Shown here one piece after another: positions 14,003-27,800 of a stretch of DNA of 64,000 bases (within the stretch, counting starts at the first letter, position 1; each line of letters starts with the position of its first letter). The position numbers and the translations under genes were made by a program. The DNA is taken from positions 17,980,001 through 18,044,000 of the forward strand of contig OX597826.1 in the NCBI GenBank assembly GCA_951406725.2, written 5' to 3'. Origin of the DNA: Octopus vulgaris (lineage: Eukaryota). The notes below the pieces were generated by a model. The model made no database searches and had not been told where the DNA came from. It saw only the letters and a list, made by a program, of their open reading frames with translations.

Positions 14003-15057
14003 CACAGTCATGCACACACACACACACACACACACGTGCACACACACACACACACACACACACTCATGCACAGTCATGCACATTTTCCCTATTTTGTCAT
14101 GTGTGATATGATTTTACAAGTTAGGCCAATTTCTTCTTTTTTTTTTTTACAGCTGGAGATCATTTTCACTGCTAGCCATTTAATTATGAGACAATTGGGG
14201 TTGTACCTTTTTGTCAACAAGAAAGATGGCAACCTACTGAATAATATTTCCTTTCTATGTAAGAAAATAAAAGCTGTGTCTAGTAAGCTAATATGTTAAC
14301 CTCACAACCTGTTCCAGCCATCATGCAATTCTTGACATGACACCAATCAGATGGCACATTTCTGCAGAACTGCAAAGCCCTTTTTATTTTTCTGAAATAT
14401 TCTGATATCTCCCCATGACTGCAAACATTGATATTTTCCCTGCAACCAATGTCTAACTTTCAACACTTTCTGAATGATAATTCCACAACAATCAGATGAG
14501 TTAATCTCACAACAGCCAAATAAGAAATATAAAACTCATTGAACACTAAAAACAAAAAAAAAAACATAACAACTACATTATATTTAATTTTAAATGCAAT
14601 TTATTCTCTTTTGTTCAGTTACCACTACATAGCCACAAGTTACTGCTACACTACCACTGGTTACTGCTATATACAAAGTACCAATAGAATCATTCCTTCA
14701 ATAGAATACAGCAACCTAATAACAACCAGATAGTGTTTCATTCAAGAGAAGATAAACAGATGTGGTTGGAGCGAGAGATAAGTGTGTAGTATTTACGGGG
14801 GGGGGGATAGTTATAAAAGTATGTAGGGGTGGGGTAGTTGCAGCAGGGTGGTAGAGTGGAATAATTATAACAGTAATTGTAACAGCAGTGTGGGGTAATT
14901 GTAAAAATGGTCGTGGAGAGTAGAGTGGTTTAGTTACATCAGTGGTTGTTAGGAGTGGTTATAATAGTGATTATGGTATAGTCGTAGCTATAGTGGTTAT
15001 GGGGTAGTTATAATAGAAGTTAAGTAGGTATAAGTTAAGTAGGCCTTAAGAATTCTT

Positions 15058-15230
15058 TTATTGAGAAATGCTAACACAGTGTCTTTGATTCTTTGCTCCT
15101 GCTGCAAGTGTAGTTTTTCCAAGAGGACATGGTTTGCAGAAAGTTTTCTCCCATTTGTTCTGGAAGGTCCCTATCGCACATGGCTCACAAACAGTGTCTC
15201 TTTGCCGGAAACTTCCTGGCTTACACATAT
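15058..15230 (-). CDS. Host gene last coding exon: ephrin-receptor-like (GCC2/GCC3) Cys-rich domain plus stop (not in ORF track)
   Basis: CTTTCAATTTCTGACAG acceptor, phase 1. DMCKPGSFRQRDTVCEPCAIGTFQNKWEKTFCKPCPLGKTTLAAGAKNQRHCVSISQ then TAA at 15060-15058 (C-x-x-C-x-x-GTFQ...C-x-x-CP-x-G-x-TT-x-x-x-GA signature). Confidence 0.92.
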
Positions 15231-15372
15231 CTGTCAGAAATTGAAAGAATATTTAATCAATACACACAGAATCAACATAGGAAATATGGTCAACATAATA
15301 AAACATTAGGTAAACTCATAATAAATGCAGATAATGAGCATAATAAACGTAAACAAATATTGATAATTGGAT

Positions 15373-15795
15373 ATAAATATAAGAGAGTGACCACCGTGTG
15401 GTCTACTCTAGCACTAAAAATAGATCCGCAAAGTTTCAGCCACAAAAGAAATTGTTTCCGTTGAAAGTTAGCACTACTACCAGCGCAAATGAACAGGGCA
15501 AATAAACATAATAAAATAACAAAATGTAGATTAATCTACATTTTATTATGTTTATTTGCCCTGTTCATTTGCGCTGGTAGTAGTGCTAACTTTCAACGGA
15601 AACAATTTCTTTTGTGGCTGAAACCTTGCGGATCTATTTTTAGTGCTAGAGTAGACCACATGGTGGTCACTCTCTTATATTTATGTATAAAATGTGTCGT
15701 AATCTGGGTTTTTTATGCACTAAGCCACTTGGTGGTAAATGGATGTGCTATTAAATTAGTACCCAATTTTCTCACCCTTATCGGTTGATAATTGT
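15373..15795. mobile_element. Fold-back copy of a diverged family B element in the last intron; palindrome 15373-15684, centre 15532/15533
   Basis: Near-perfect inverted arms; colinear similarity to 10431-10702 (tctagcacta, gaacagggcaaataaa, ctattaaattagta, cacccttat). Confidence 0.85.
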
Positions 15796-17470
15796 ATATA
15801 GATATTTAACATATTTTGACCAAATCGGCATAATAAACAATCAACATCATAATGTATTTTATAAACTACATTATTAATCTTAAACTTGGTGGTGGCACTC
15901 TGTTCTGCAGTATACAGAACAAACACCGATGCTCTGGTAATTTTGCCATTTCAAACAATCCTTTCTATTATAGGCACAAGGAGGGGCTAGTTGATTACAT
16001 TGACCCCCAGTGCTCAAATGATAGTCATTTTTGCCAACCCCAAAAGAATGAAAGGTAAAGTCAACCTTAGTGGAACTTGAACTCAGAACATAATGACATG
16101 AGATACTGCTAAGCATTTTGTCAGGCATGCTAATGATTCTGCCAGTTCACCACCATAATAAATATTCCACTATAAATATGGTGTATCAGGGAACAGATTG
16201 TAGATGTGCAACGAAAGATTTCAGTTGTAATTGTAATAAATATATGATACCACTACAAAATTTGAACAAGTGAATATAACTGTACATGTGTATTTCAAAC
16301 TGATATCCTGACTCTCCCCTAATGCAATTATAAATGACATTTGTCCACTAAAGCAGAAGTGAATTATAATGTATATACAATATAAAAACATAAAAATATA
16401 AATTATACAAAAATATATAATTCTTAAAATGTATATAAAAAAATTGCAAAAATGTTGCAATACTATATATATATATAGTGGTAATAAATAGATATAAATA
16501 CATTAAAATGATTTATAGTAATAATGATGATGATAATGATGATTGTTGTCATCAACATGGTACAAGGCCAGCAATTTTGAATCATCATCATCATCATCAT
16601 CATGATGATATAATATATATATTTCTGCTATATTTGAGAAATTTTGATCGGGTCAGAGAGGTCGCTCTTTTTAAAGATGAAATACCTGGTAGCATACTTT
16701 TAAAAGTTGAGATAAATCTCTGTTGAGCGAAAGACCGAAACGCTGGCTGTTGAGGAGTGCATTGTCTGAGGGTAGTGGTAGAAACATTACCATGACCAGT
16801 CATCTTATTTGTTAATGATGATCAGTGATGTGTACATTTTGGTGAGACAAGTAGATTACAAATGTACAGCTTTGGAAAACATTGTTGTCTGAGTAGGTCT
16901 TGGGGCTGGATGTAAAATGAACACCATCAAGTTCCAAACCAGCAGAAGTGGGGCCAACACCATCACCACTACTTCTGTCATCAGCAATGTGCTCTCCCTC
17001 CTCCATCATCATCATCATCATCACTGTCGTCGTTGTCACCACCACCATCACCACCACCAACAACAATGTTTTATGCCCACTTGTGTGTATTTATTGAGCA
17101 AAAACACCTAAAGCTCCATGATGCTCTGGCAGGGGGTGGTGGCGACCCCTGTTGTACTCTTTCGCTCCAACTTTAACTCACTCTTTCTTCCTGCTTCTTG
17201 TCCCCAACTTCCTTGGACTTCTCCCAAATGCTCAACAAACAAACAAACCACCAACAACAATGTTTTATGCCCACTTTTCCATGTTAGCATGGGTTGAATG
17301 GTGTTTCTGAGGTGGCATTTTATTGCCACATGCTCTTCTTACTGCCAACTGTTTCACTCACCTTTTACAACATACTGGTTGCATACTGGTGTGTCCATTC
17401 TAAAACTGGGATACACATAGCAACAAAGCAGTAATGGAAAAAAGATGAAAAAAAGAAGAAAAGCATTTAC

Positions 17471-17668
17471 CTATGCAATGCGTAAGTTGAATGGGTGGAA
17501 TATCCCACTTGTCTGAGTCAGGAGGACATCGGAATACAAATTTGGTATGGTTGTTTGGAAAACGGAAATAGGAATTACATCCTGCTGTGCATCTTTGTGC
17601 ATCATCATCAGTGTAACTGCAACGTAGGTAACCATTTTGGGGTTTGACTAATTCCGGACATCTTCCAT
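17471..17668 (-). CDS. Host gene exon: divergent Sushi/CCP domain
   Basis: TTGCTTTACCAG acceptor, GTAAAT donor, 198 nt, phase 1-1. HGRCPELVKPQNGYLRCSY...CTAGCNSYFRF...FRCPPDSDKWDIPPIQLTHCI. Confidence 0.9.
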
Positions 17669-17954
17669 CTGGTAAAGCAACAAAAAAAGCATTAAGATTT
17701 ATAATAATAAATGACTTATGAGCTAAATATAATCCATGGTAAAACACATGACTCTAGCTAACTCTGTCCACTTAATCTGCATAGGTCCCATGGATAGTCA
17801 CACACTACACTATAGAACGAAAGAGGTTGTAATTAAAGTGTATGTCGAAGCTGCAGTGTTGGAGTCATAAGAAACTGATGCAAAGTTGATTCGATATATT
17901 GATCCTAGAAATATCTATGCATGTATTTGTCTGCAGAATCAGCAATTTTGTTGG

Positions 17955-18017
<63 letters not shown>

Positions 18018-18337
18018 TAAAAGAGAAAGAGAGAGATGGTTCAAACAGTCACTCTAATGAAAGTAATCTGTAAACAGATGACTATACAATAACTATTAAT
18101 GAACGAATATCAATGTAGATTCTTAAACTTAAATTTTATGGAAGCTATTTCACTGTAATGTTCAAAGTCTACTGAGATTAAACCATGGCAGACTGTCTAT
18201 AAAGATAATCCAAAGTTATAAGAACTCCTATGATGATTTTAAGACATATAAAAGTATAGCACTTCTAGATAGTTATAGAAAACTAAAAGGATGGATATAA
18301 TAGGTACAAACCATAACAGTAGATTAAATTAACTTAC

Positions 18338-18443
18338 GTTTTACGTCCACCATAAATATACACCTTGCAAAATTATTTTCACTATCTCGACCTGTGTAAA
18401 TGACTTGGTTCATTCCATAATCCATTTCACTTTCTTCTGGGAC
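18338..18443 (-). CDS. Host gene exon: HYR domain 2, C-terminal half (not in ORF track)
   Basis: TTTCATTTAG acceptor, GTAAGT donor, 106 nt, phase 0-1 matching both neighbours. [35 protein letters not shown] (V-x-YT-x-x-D-x-x-x-N-x-A-x-C-x-F-x-V). Confidence 0.9.
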
Positions 18444-18590
18444 CTAAATGAAATGAAATAGGAATTTTAATTTCAAGAAAATCATTGTTCATGTCAACCG
18501 ATATGTATGTATGTATATATACATATACATATGTATATATATATATATATATATACATATACATGTATGCATATATAGATATATACATAC

Positions 18591-18638
<48 letters not shown>

Positions 18639-19256
18639 TTGTGTGTGTGTGTGTGTGTGGTAGCCACAGGTGTGGTAGCCACAGGTGTGGTAGCCACAGG
18701 TGTGGCTGTGTGGTAAGTAGTTTGCTTTCCAGCCACATGGTTCTGGGTTCACCCCCACAGTGCGCAACCTTGGGCAGATTTGGTAGATAGAAACTGTCTA
18801 TATGTGTGTGTGTGTCTTTGTGTCTGTATTTGTCCCTCACCACCACTTGATAACTGGTGTTGATGTGTTTATGTCTCCATGGCTTAGCGGTCAGCAGAAA
18901 AAAAACCAATAGAATAAGTACCAGGCTTATAAAAAAAAATAATTACTGGTGGTCAATTAGTCTGACTAAAATTCCTCAAGGCAGTGCCCCAGCATGGCCA
19001 TAGTCTAATGACTAAAGATAAAAGATACGTATACGTGGAGATCATCATTGTTTTAGCATCCACTTTTCCATGTTCACCTGGACTGGACAGAATTTGTTGA
19101 AGTACATTTTCTACAGCATGTAGCCCTTCCTGTTAAACATTCACCTGTTTCCAAGTAAGGCAATATTTCCACATAGCTGGACATGCTTTCATGGAAGTTT
19201 GGAAATGTTTACAACAAGGAGACACTAACTTAAACACAGACATACAGAAATATGTA

Positions 19257-19332
<76 letters not shown>

Positions 19333-19475
19333 ATAAAATATTAGGTAATAAATCCAAACTTACAGGGAAAAATCAGATTTAGGATTGAATCCAATTTTAT
19401 AGTAATCTTATGTATTGGCTTAAGTTTTTCATTGTATGATTTGCCTAATAGTGGTTTTATTTCTAATTTAATATA

Positions 19476-19522
<47 letters not shown>

Positions 19523-20029
19523 ACTTCTTTCATCTGATCAATCAAATCCACCAGATTATAGTAGAAGACCCATACCCATATACTCTTTTACTCTTTTACT
19601 TGTTTCAGCCATTTGACCGTGGCCATGGTGGAGCACCACCTTTAGTCAAGCAAATCAACCCCAGAGCTTATTCTTTGTAAGCCTAGTACTTCAATCCTCA
19701 TGATAAACTTAGATGATCAGATGACAGCTACATCCATCTCATATGTAACAACAATAATGCCCAGACACTGAATGACTGCATACAACATAGTTTTGTCCCT
19801 CTGTACACATCACAGATAAAGGCTATCTGAAAACACTTACATGCCTGCAGAGCACGGCTGGCCCTAGGGTTGCTGGTGCCCTAGGAAAACTGAACTTTGA
19901 TGTGTACAAGCTGATGGTTGTGGAAATTTCCTAGTCTTTGTCATGCCATAGTGCCCTGGGCAACTGCCTGAGTTGCTGGTACCTTGAGTTGGTCCTGCCA
20001 CAGAGTTTCTCAAACATGTTGTCCTTGGT

Positions 20030-21180
20030 AGCACTGCCAATCTAAGGAATTTTTAGAAGTTGTCCATAGTCATCCCCTAGTTGGAAGTCTTCTGAAACAG
20101 ACCAGTCACCTTGTTTCCAATGACATCCAGAACTTCTCCGAAGACGCCATTGCTCTTTCCCCACTACTAATTCTCTTTAGGTTGCAACAGTGGAACTTAC
20201 AACAATCCCATTGCTTGCCTGGGGTCTGATGACGTTCTAGATGCCAAGTGCCATTTCTTCATCTAAACTTCACCCAGGAATGTAGCTTTATAAAAGAAAG
20301 ACATACTTTATGCGTGGCTGTGAGGTAAGAAACTTGCTTCCCAACCAGATGGTTCTGGGTTCAGTCCCACTGAGTGGAACCTTGGGCAAATGTCTTCTCC
20401 TATAACCTCAGGCCAACTAAAGTCTTGTGAGAGGATCTGGTAGATGGAAACTGAAAGAAGCCCCATCGTATATGTATATATATATGTATATGTTTGTGCG
20501 TGTCTTTGTGTTTGTTGCATCATTACTTAACAACTGGTGATGGTGTGTTTACATCCCTGTAACTTAATGGTTTGGCAGAGACCAATAGGATAAGTACTAG
20601 GGTTAAAAAATACGTCCTGGGGTTGAATTGTTTGACAAAAACACTACAAAGCAGTGCTCCAGCATGGCTACAGTCAAATGACTGAAACAAAAGAAAGAAT
20701 AAAAGAGTGCTCCGCATCCAGTAACCTTTGGTGGTGGTGAAGCTTGCATATGTCTGCATCAGCAGCTGTAGTATGCCCAACTTGCCACACAGATGGTACT
20801 GGCAGTTAATGAACCCCACCTGTTCTATGAAATATATTTCTTTCACAAGAAGCTAAAGGTCAGACATTCCAGCCTGAAACCTAGAACAAGCTATGGTAGT
20901 CAAGCAATAAATGATAATGATAGAGATGATGTGGGCATTTGCCATCTCAATCTGACCTTTCAAAGATAGCTTCCTCTCAGCTCATTTCTGGGCAAAACTG
21001 GTCCACCTGTACATTGCTCCATCCCAGTTCGGATACACCTGGAGATTGTCCCACCATATCATTTGACAACATCAACCTGCCTCTCCACTCATGAAGCTGC
21101 AAGCCCACCAGCATATCTGGTTGCTTTCTGACCCAGCTACTGCCTCTCATATTTTCAATTATGTAGTTTGTCTTTGTCAC
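20030..21180 (-). mobile_element. Decayed LINE (RTE-like) fragments interrupted by a SINE at about 20310-20705
   Basis: Weak resemblance only; the SINE head, core and tail are clear. Confidence 0.35.
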
Positions 21181-21440
21181 AGGTTAGTAACCAAATAGCA
21201 ATTGGCCATGTTATTTAAGAACCAATACATTTTCTACATAATATCATATTTCTTAAAAATGTGAATTTTCTGAATCGTTGGAGGGATGAAGAAAATGCCT
21301 ATTAAGTTACATGGCACTTTGCATTCTGAGTTCAAATCTTGCGATGTCAGCTTTGTCTTTCATGCTTCAGGGATCAATAAAAGAATGTCCCATGAGGGAT
21401 GTACCTATATTAGAAAACAGTTTATTAAATTTCTACTTAC

Positions 21441-21574
21441 TTTATTACTTTTTATTTTGACAACAGCTACGTTGTCTAAAAATAATGGTATTTCCCAAAA
21501 AACTTTGGGATGTTTTCCCCATGCTACAGTTTGAACAATCTTGGGGCAAGATCTGTAAACTGGAGGTTCTTGAT
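21441..21574 (-). CDS. Host gene exon: HYR domain 2, N-terminal half (not in ORF track)
   Basis: T-run then ACAG acceptor, GTAAGT donor, 134 nt, phase 1-0. DQEPPVYRSCPKIVQTVAWGKHPKVFWEIPLFLDNVAVVKIKSNK (D-x-EPP...CP...V-x-W-x-x-P...DN HYR signature). Confidence 0.9.
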
Positions 21575-22579
21575 CTGTAAAAAAAAAAAAAGTATCAACA
21601 AATGTTCAAACTATTGTGAAATTTAATACAATTTGATTTCAATTATAAATCCAAATTCAAGATGACATAAATGGAACCATTGTTCTGGTTATTTCTGGGA
21701 AGTATATTTGACCACCCCACTTCAGAGACACTTGCAACAGCCTCACTTCACTATTTTGTTTCTTGCAAGCCATGTTACTGCCAGGTGAGTTGGTCAGAAG
21801 GAACTAAGTTTTTTAACCAGATCACAGAACCAAAGAATTTATGACAGCTACCACATCAGCATATTATTCCTCATTTTATTATAATATCTAGTACCTATCA
21901 ATTTAGCTGTTAGATTGTTATTTTTGGTGGCTAATCCTAAGTGAACCATGACTGAGAAGACCAATGATCAAAGGGATTCCAATTAGGATCAGTTTGTCTC
22001 CCTTTTTCAGACACAGTGAATCTATAATTAATGTCACTTCCATTTCCTTTGTCTTTTTAAAGATAGTTGGGACTAATTTGACAGTAAGACATGGTAGAAC
22101 TTGGTAAACAACATAAATGAGAGAATACAAATTTATAAGTATCCATTTGAGAAGTAAAATTCTTATCAGTTTGGCTGTTACAGCTCTCTTGCTGAGTTAC
22201 TGTGTTATGTAGATAATGACAGCAACCAACAGATGAATGAGAGATCAAATCTTACTTGTGGCATTTCATTGTCTGCTTAGACAGGGACAACGGTTTTATT
22301 TTAACTACTAACACAGAAAGAATAAATAATTATCAGATCCATAAATATAGAAATTTGAGTTAAAATATTATAAAAATATAAAGTAAACGTTGATAAAATT
22401 TGAACAAGTAATATGATGAAAATAATGGTAAATACCCAGACTATGGCTAATTCATTGAATTCTGTAAGTTATTAATGTTGACAGAGTAATAGTTAATTAT
22501 ATTTAATTTTAATTCTCTAAACCTAACAACATAGCCAACATTGACAGATAAGAGAAAACAATTCAATACCAATACATAC

Positions 22580-22822
22580 CAATGGCTTCAATGGTCAGAT
22601 TACATTTAACTATATCTCCTGATTTGCTCTTCACATTTAGATGAAGAACAGTTTTGCCAGCTTGGAACAGTACAGTGGATCTTTTAAAGTCTGCCCATGT
22701 CTCTTCAACTGTCCAATCGACTGCATTCTCAATATGTGGCATAGCAATAGCAATGTAACTCTTTCTCTTAGGTAGAACCTGTTGTATGTTGGCTGGACAC
22801 TGGATACCATTGACAATGGTTA
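22580..22822 (-). CDS. Host gene exon: HYR (hyalin repeat)-like domain 1 (not in ORF track)
   Basis: TTTCTTCTCTATTCTAAG acceptor, GTATGT donor, 243 nt open, phase 1-1. LTIVNGIQCPANIQQVLPKRKSYIAIAMP...FQAGKTVLHLNVKSKSGDIVKCNLTIEAI (I-x-CP-x-NI ... F-x-x-G-x-T ... C-x-L-x-I). Confidence 0.88.
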
Positions 22823-23393
22823 CTTAGAATAGAGAAGAAATGAAACATATAAAATTATTTCGAATAAAACAGGGAAAACCTTACTTTTTAGCATGTGTGT
22901 TCTAAACTATAAATCTCATTTTTTGTGCCTCCATCTGCATTCAGTTTTAACTGGTCTATTTTCAGTCTTAAGATTTCATATTTCTTTTGTCTTATATTTT
23001 AGTTTCAAATAAAAGAGAAATGTTCATAGCTACTTAAGGCATTTTGAGATTGCAAGATATAGTCAGCTGATTAAAATTAAATCTGTTATATTTAGTTTCA
23101 ATTTTTTGCATGTCTGGTGGTAGAGGAAAGGTGCCAAAGGAAAGGAGTTCAAGAGGATGCAGTGACAGGAAGTAGAACAATGGGAAATGGTATAAAACTA
23201 AGACTTTAAACCACTGAGTAACAACAAGTGGTTGAAGAATATTCAAAGATGAAGACTTGCCAATTAAGCAGATGATTTTTTTTCTTATGCAAGCAAGAAT
23301 CTCCAACCCGGATTTCAGAAATAACAACTTCTACCGACTTTGGCTCAAAGTCTCCCTTCCCTATTTTTCAACATCCATCTTCTGGGTTTCACA

Positions 23394-23426
<33 letters not shown>

Positions 23427-24407
23427 CTCTCTTTCTCTCTCTCTCTCTCATAATTTCCAACAGTTTTTTGCCCAACTCACTTCCTGCATTGAAGACATTG
23501 ATCTCACCCTGCCTTTTACTAAAATAAAGACATTACTTTTGAGGACTTCAAGGGATATAGTTTGTCCTGGGCTTTTCACTCATTGCAGAGTGAAGCTGGT
23601 AGTGCAGAAACTAAATCCTTTGCTACCTTTAATAAAAAGAAATGTCACTTACAATTCATATGAAACATCTAAGTAGATGAGCAAAACTATTCTTCTATGG
23701 AGTCTCGCTTCACATACTTCACACAACCAAAGCTCTTAACTCCAAAACCTGCAACTAGTTTATCATGAGCTGAAACAACATTCTTAGGCTTGCGTGACTT
23801 CCTTCAGATCATTCAATTCCATATTGAAAGAAGAAAGACATGTTGGACTTTAAAAGATGGGATGGTCATGGGTGGAATGCTTTCCATCATGGATCTGCTA
23901 ATTTATGGTTAACCCACAACTCAACAACAACAAGTTTACCTGTATCAGTGCTACAGCTTTACAGGTAAATAGCGTTGTCTACAAGAACTAGAATTCACTT
24001 TCTAGGAGTCTTTTACCTATCACTACAGCTCCTACTGAAAAATCAAAAGATTTAGCATGAAATGCAAGTTTTCATGCCTATTAAAAGCCTTTTGATCCAC
24101 AGAAGAAAATTCCACTCAACCAACTTCTTCACTCAATCATCCTTCTTCACCAAGATGGCTCTGTTAGCAGCACATTCACTGAGAAATCTTCAAGCATTTG
24201 CTAAATGCTTCACCTCTAATTCTACAATGCTTGCTCTCAATAAAGTTCCTTTCGAATTCCTCCTCTCCACATCACCAACCTCATCACCATACCATATACA
24301 GACAGTCACCATGGAGGAAAGGTTTCTAATTGCTTGATGTCAGCAAGGTGACTAGTTATGACAGCTTCTCTTTCATAACACCTATCCATGCCAGACTCTT
24401 CACTCTC

Positions 24408-24513
<106 letters not shown>

Positions 24514-24863
24514 AGAATGATGCCATTGTGTGTTCCATGCCAAACAGGGATAACTTCTTTCATCCTGTAAGCCACAAACCTATTCATTTCAACATCTCAG
24601 AAACAGAAACAATTGGGAGCCATTACTTCGTCTGTAATATTATTTCTCTCCCCTCAGTAATCACTGGTATACATATCTTTCATAGGATAAAAAACTTACT
24701 GTCTTATGTCTTTCACTACTTCTTCTTGTCTTTGAAATCTCTGGTAAAAGCATTTGACAATAGTAGTATGCTGAATGAAACTCATTAGGCATATATGCAG
24801 CTGGACAGGGGCATGTAGTATGATCATCTCTGTATAAGAGTGTACAGAGTTAGCCACGAAAGA

Positions 24864-27800
24864 TGTTATATTGTCAGAGACGATATATGATGTGTGTGCG
24901 TGATTGTGTAACAATATATCAATTTGCCAAATATAACCGTATAACAATAAGCAATGTAACAAGAGGTGGTTGTCTTATTATAAGAGATCATGCAATAACA
25001 ATCCAATACTCCAACGCAGAATTAATGAGACTAATGCTCCCACAGTTCGACCTCAACTGTCTACTGGCTCATCAATTTATGAGACTCATCCAGTCTTATT
25101 TATTTATTTTTTCCCCATATCTCCTCTTTTAAGGGAAAAAAATCAACTCTAAATGGAGTTCAATACGTCTTTCTCTTTGGTTCAACCATTAAAGGATCTG
25201 GAAATTTCTTCTTTCTAGTACTAGAACGTGTGTGTCAGTTTTATCTGGTAATGGTACTTCAAACACAGTGTACATAAAATCCATCAGTTCTTTAGTTCTT
25301 TTATTATTATCCTTGGTGTATCTTTTTCTTAACTAGTTTGCAGGTCTTTTGAAATCAAACCCTTCCTCTTTAGCTTTTTTAACCATACAGATCATTTTCC
25401 CAATACTATTACAAATAATACCTTCCTCCCATGATTGTTTTTCATATTTGTGTTTTTAAAAAGCACTTCTTCACTTACTTTATAATTTTTTGGCATAGCA
25501 CTTTTGTCATTGTTATTCCAAGTTTTTTTTTTTTTGCTTGACAACAGTTTGTTGAATATGGACTTAGTCTTTCTCATGAACATTAGTTCAACTGAGGATT
25601 TACCCAATGGTGTGTTTGGGTTTGGAGTAACTCTATATACCCTTAGAAATTTTATTAATGCCAGGTCACCAATCCTTCCATTGTCCACTTTTCTTAATGA
25701 CCTCTTGAACGTGTCTATGAACTGTTCCACCCAAACATTTGACTGTGGGATATATAGTGACATGGTTATATGATCAATTTGGAACATCTGGCAGAAATCT
25801 CTGAATTGAGATCCTGTAAACTGTGTCCAATTATCGAACACAATGGTATCTGGTATACCATATCAAGCAAATATCTCAAGGAGAAAATCAATTATTGCAG
25901 AGGACATAGGATGTCTACAGTTACATACTTCCGGCCATTTTGTGTAGCTTTCCACTACTACAAGAAAATAATTTCCATATAGTAGGCCTGCAAAGTCTAT
26001 GTGAAACCTCGACCGTAGTCTCTCAGCCTTTGGCCACAGGTGATAACTGACAGTAGGGGATTTCATTGTCAGAGCAGAGCATAAGATTTTCAGTATCTTT
26101 ATCCATCTTCAGCCAATACACATAGCTTCTCATAACTGCTGTCATGCACGACATTCTTAGATGTCTAATGTGAAAATCTTTCGGGTTTCCTTTTTGCAGT
26201 TTAAATGGCACTACAATCCTCTGTGCAGACATTAGATTGTTGTCACATACAGAATATGAGTTCAAATTTAAATTTCAGTACAGTATGTATTTACTTTATT
26301 TTCTTTCAAGTTGACTTTCATTTTATTCATAAAGTCATCTTTCGGTGCTTTGGCTTTGATTTCTTTGAAGGTTACAGGCAATTCATTAATCACATTACAC
26401 AAAATGTTTTTTATTTCCATTTCAGCTCTTCACAATGCAATCAAACTTTCTTCAAATGGTTCAAAATTTTTAGGTATTCACCTGGATAACCTGTCTGTAT
26501 GGCTGAACTTTTTTGAGGGGAGGCATTCTATTTTGAAATTGTAGTTCAACAAAATGATTCCCCATCTCTGCAATCTATTGGCAGTATGTGCTAGGATGCC
26601 CTTCTTAGAGCCAAATATAGTCAATAAGGGGCGACAAGCAGTTTGCAGACAAAACCTTCTGTCATTGATGAATTTATGGAACTTTTTTACAACATAAATA
26701 ATTGCCAAAGCTTCTTTTTCAGTCTGGCTGTAATTCCTCCCAATGGGCAATAGTGTACGTGATGCATTGTGCTACGGTTTTTGTATTACCATTTTCATAC
26801 TTATGCAAAATTACCACTCCGATGCCATGTTTACTGGCATCTGAAGCTGCTATAATTTCCTTTTACAGATCATAGGTAGCTCAAAAGTTAGTGTATCTTT
26901 TAACTGTTTGAAGGCTTCTTGGCATTTTTGTGTCCAATTCCATTTCATTCCTTTCATTAGCAGGTAATTTAATGGTGCATGCAAGTTATGAATATTAGGG
27001 ATGTTAATTTGGTAATAATTCACCAAACCCAAAAATGCTTGTAATGCCACTATATTCTTTGGCAGGGGCATATTTTTAATTGCTGATGCCCTGGAAGGAT
27101 CCAGACACTGACCCTTTCTATTTATGATTTGCCTCAAATATCTAATTTTAGGCAAAAATGAATCACACTTACCTGCGCTCAGTTGGAGCCTGAATTCACT
27201 TAGTTTTTTAAAATCCTTTTTCCACATGTTGCACATGCAGACTTCTTGATTCCCTCCTAATCAATATTTCATCAAACACCGCCAGTGCAATTTTTACGCA
27301 AAATGGTAACCTCTTGTATTGATACAGTCCTTTATGTGTGTTAATTGTTTGATATTTGGAGCATTCATGGTCTACTCTAATTCGTAGATACGTGTCAGAG
27401 AGATCTAATTCAGAAAATATCCTTGCCACCATTTAATTTCACAAATATGTCCTCTAGAGCAGATAGTGCATAGTTAAACATTTTAAGACATTCATTTAAC
27501 ACACTCTGATTTTATTATTCTTTTTCTTAATGTACACAGTTGGTGATGCCCATTGAGAATATTCCACTTTCTGGATAACTCCAATTTTTTCTAGTATCTC
27601 TTAGTTTATCTTCTCAAAAACTGTGTATGGCACATTTCCTTTTGGTTTAAAAATTGGTACTGCATTCTCTTTTATCTCAAATTTTGCTTTTGTTTTCAAA
27701 CATGCACCAAGTTCGTCTGGAAGGGATTACTTTCTTTAATTCTTCTTGCAATTTGTCTGAGTCAGTGTTAGCACTTGTGCCTGTGCCTATTACATTTTTT

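Noticed and set aside
14380-14606. Minus-strand AATAAA candidates for the poly(A) signal
   Set aside because: Several candidates occur in AT-rich DNA and one cannot be chosen without transcript data.
16720-16745. Hammerhead-like CTGTTGAG-CGAAAGACC-GAAAC
   Set aside because: Core mismatch, stem II does not pair fully, and no stem I or III partner was found.
16856-16906. Possible alternative terminal exon (APRPTQTTMFSKAVHL*)
   Set aside because: No domain similarity and only an AG as support; the 15058-15230 exon is a much better terminal exon.
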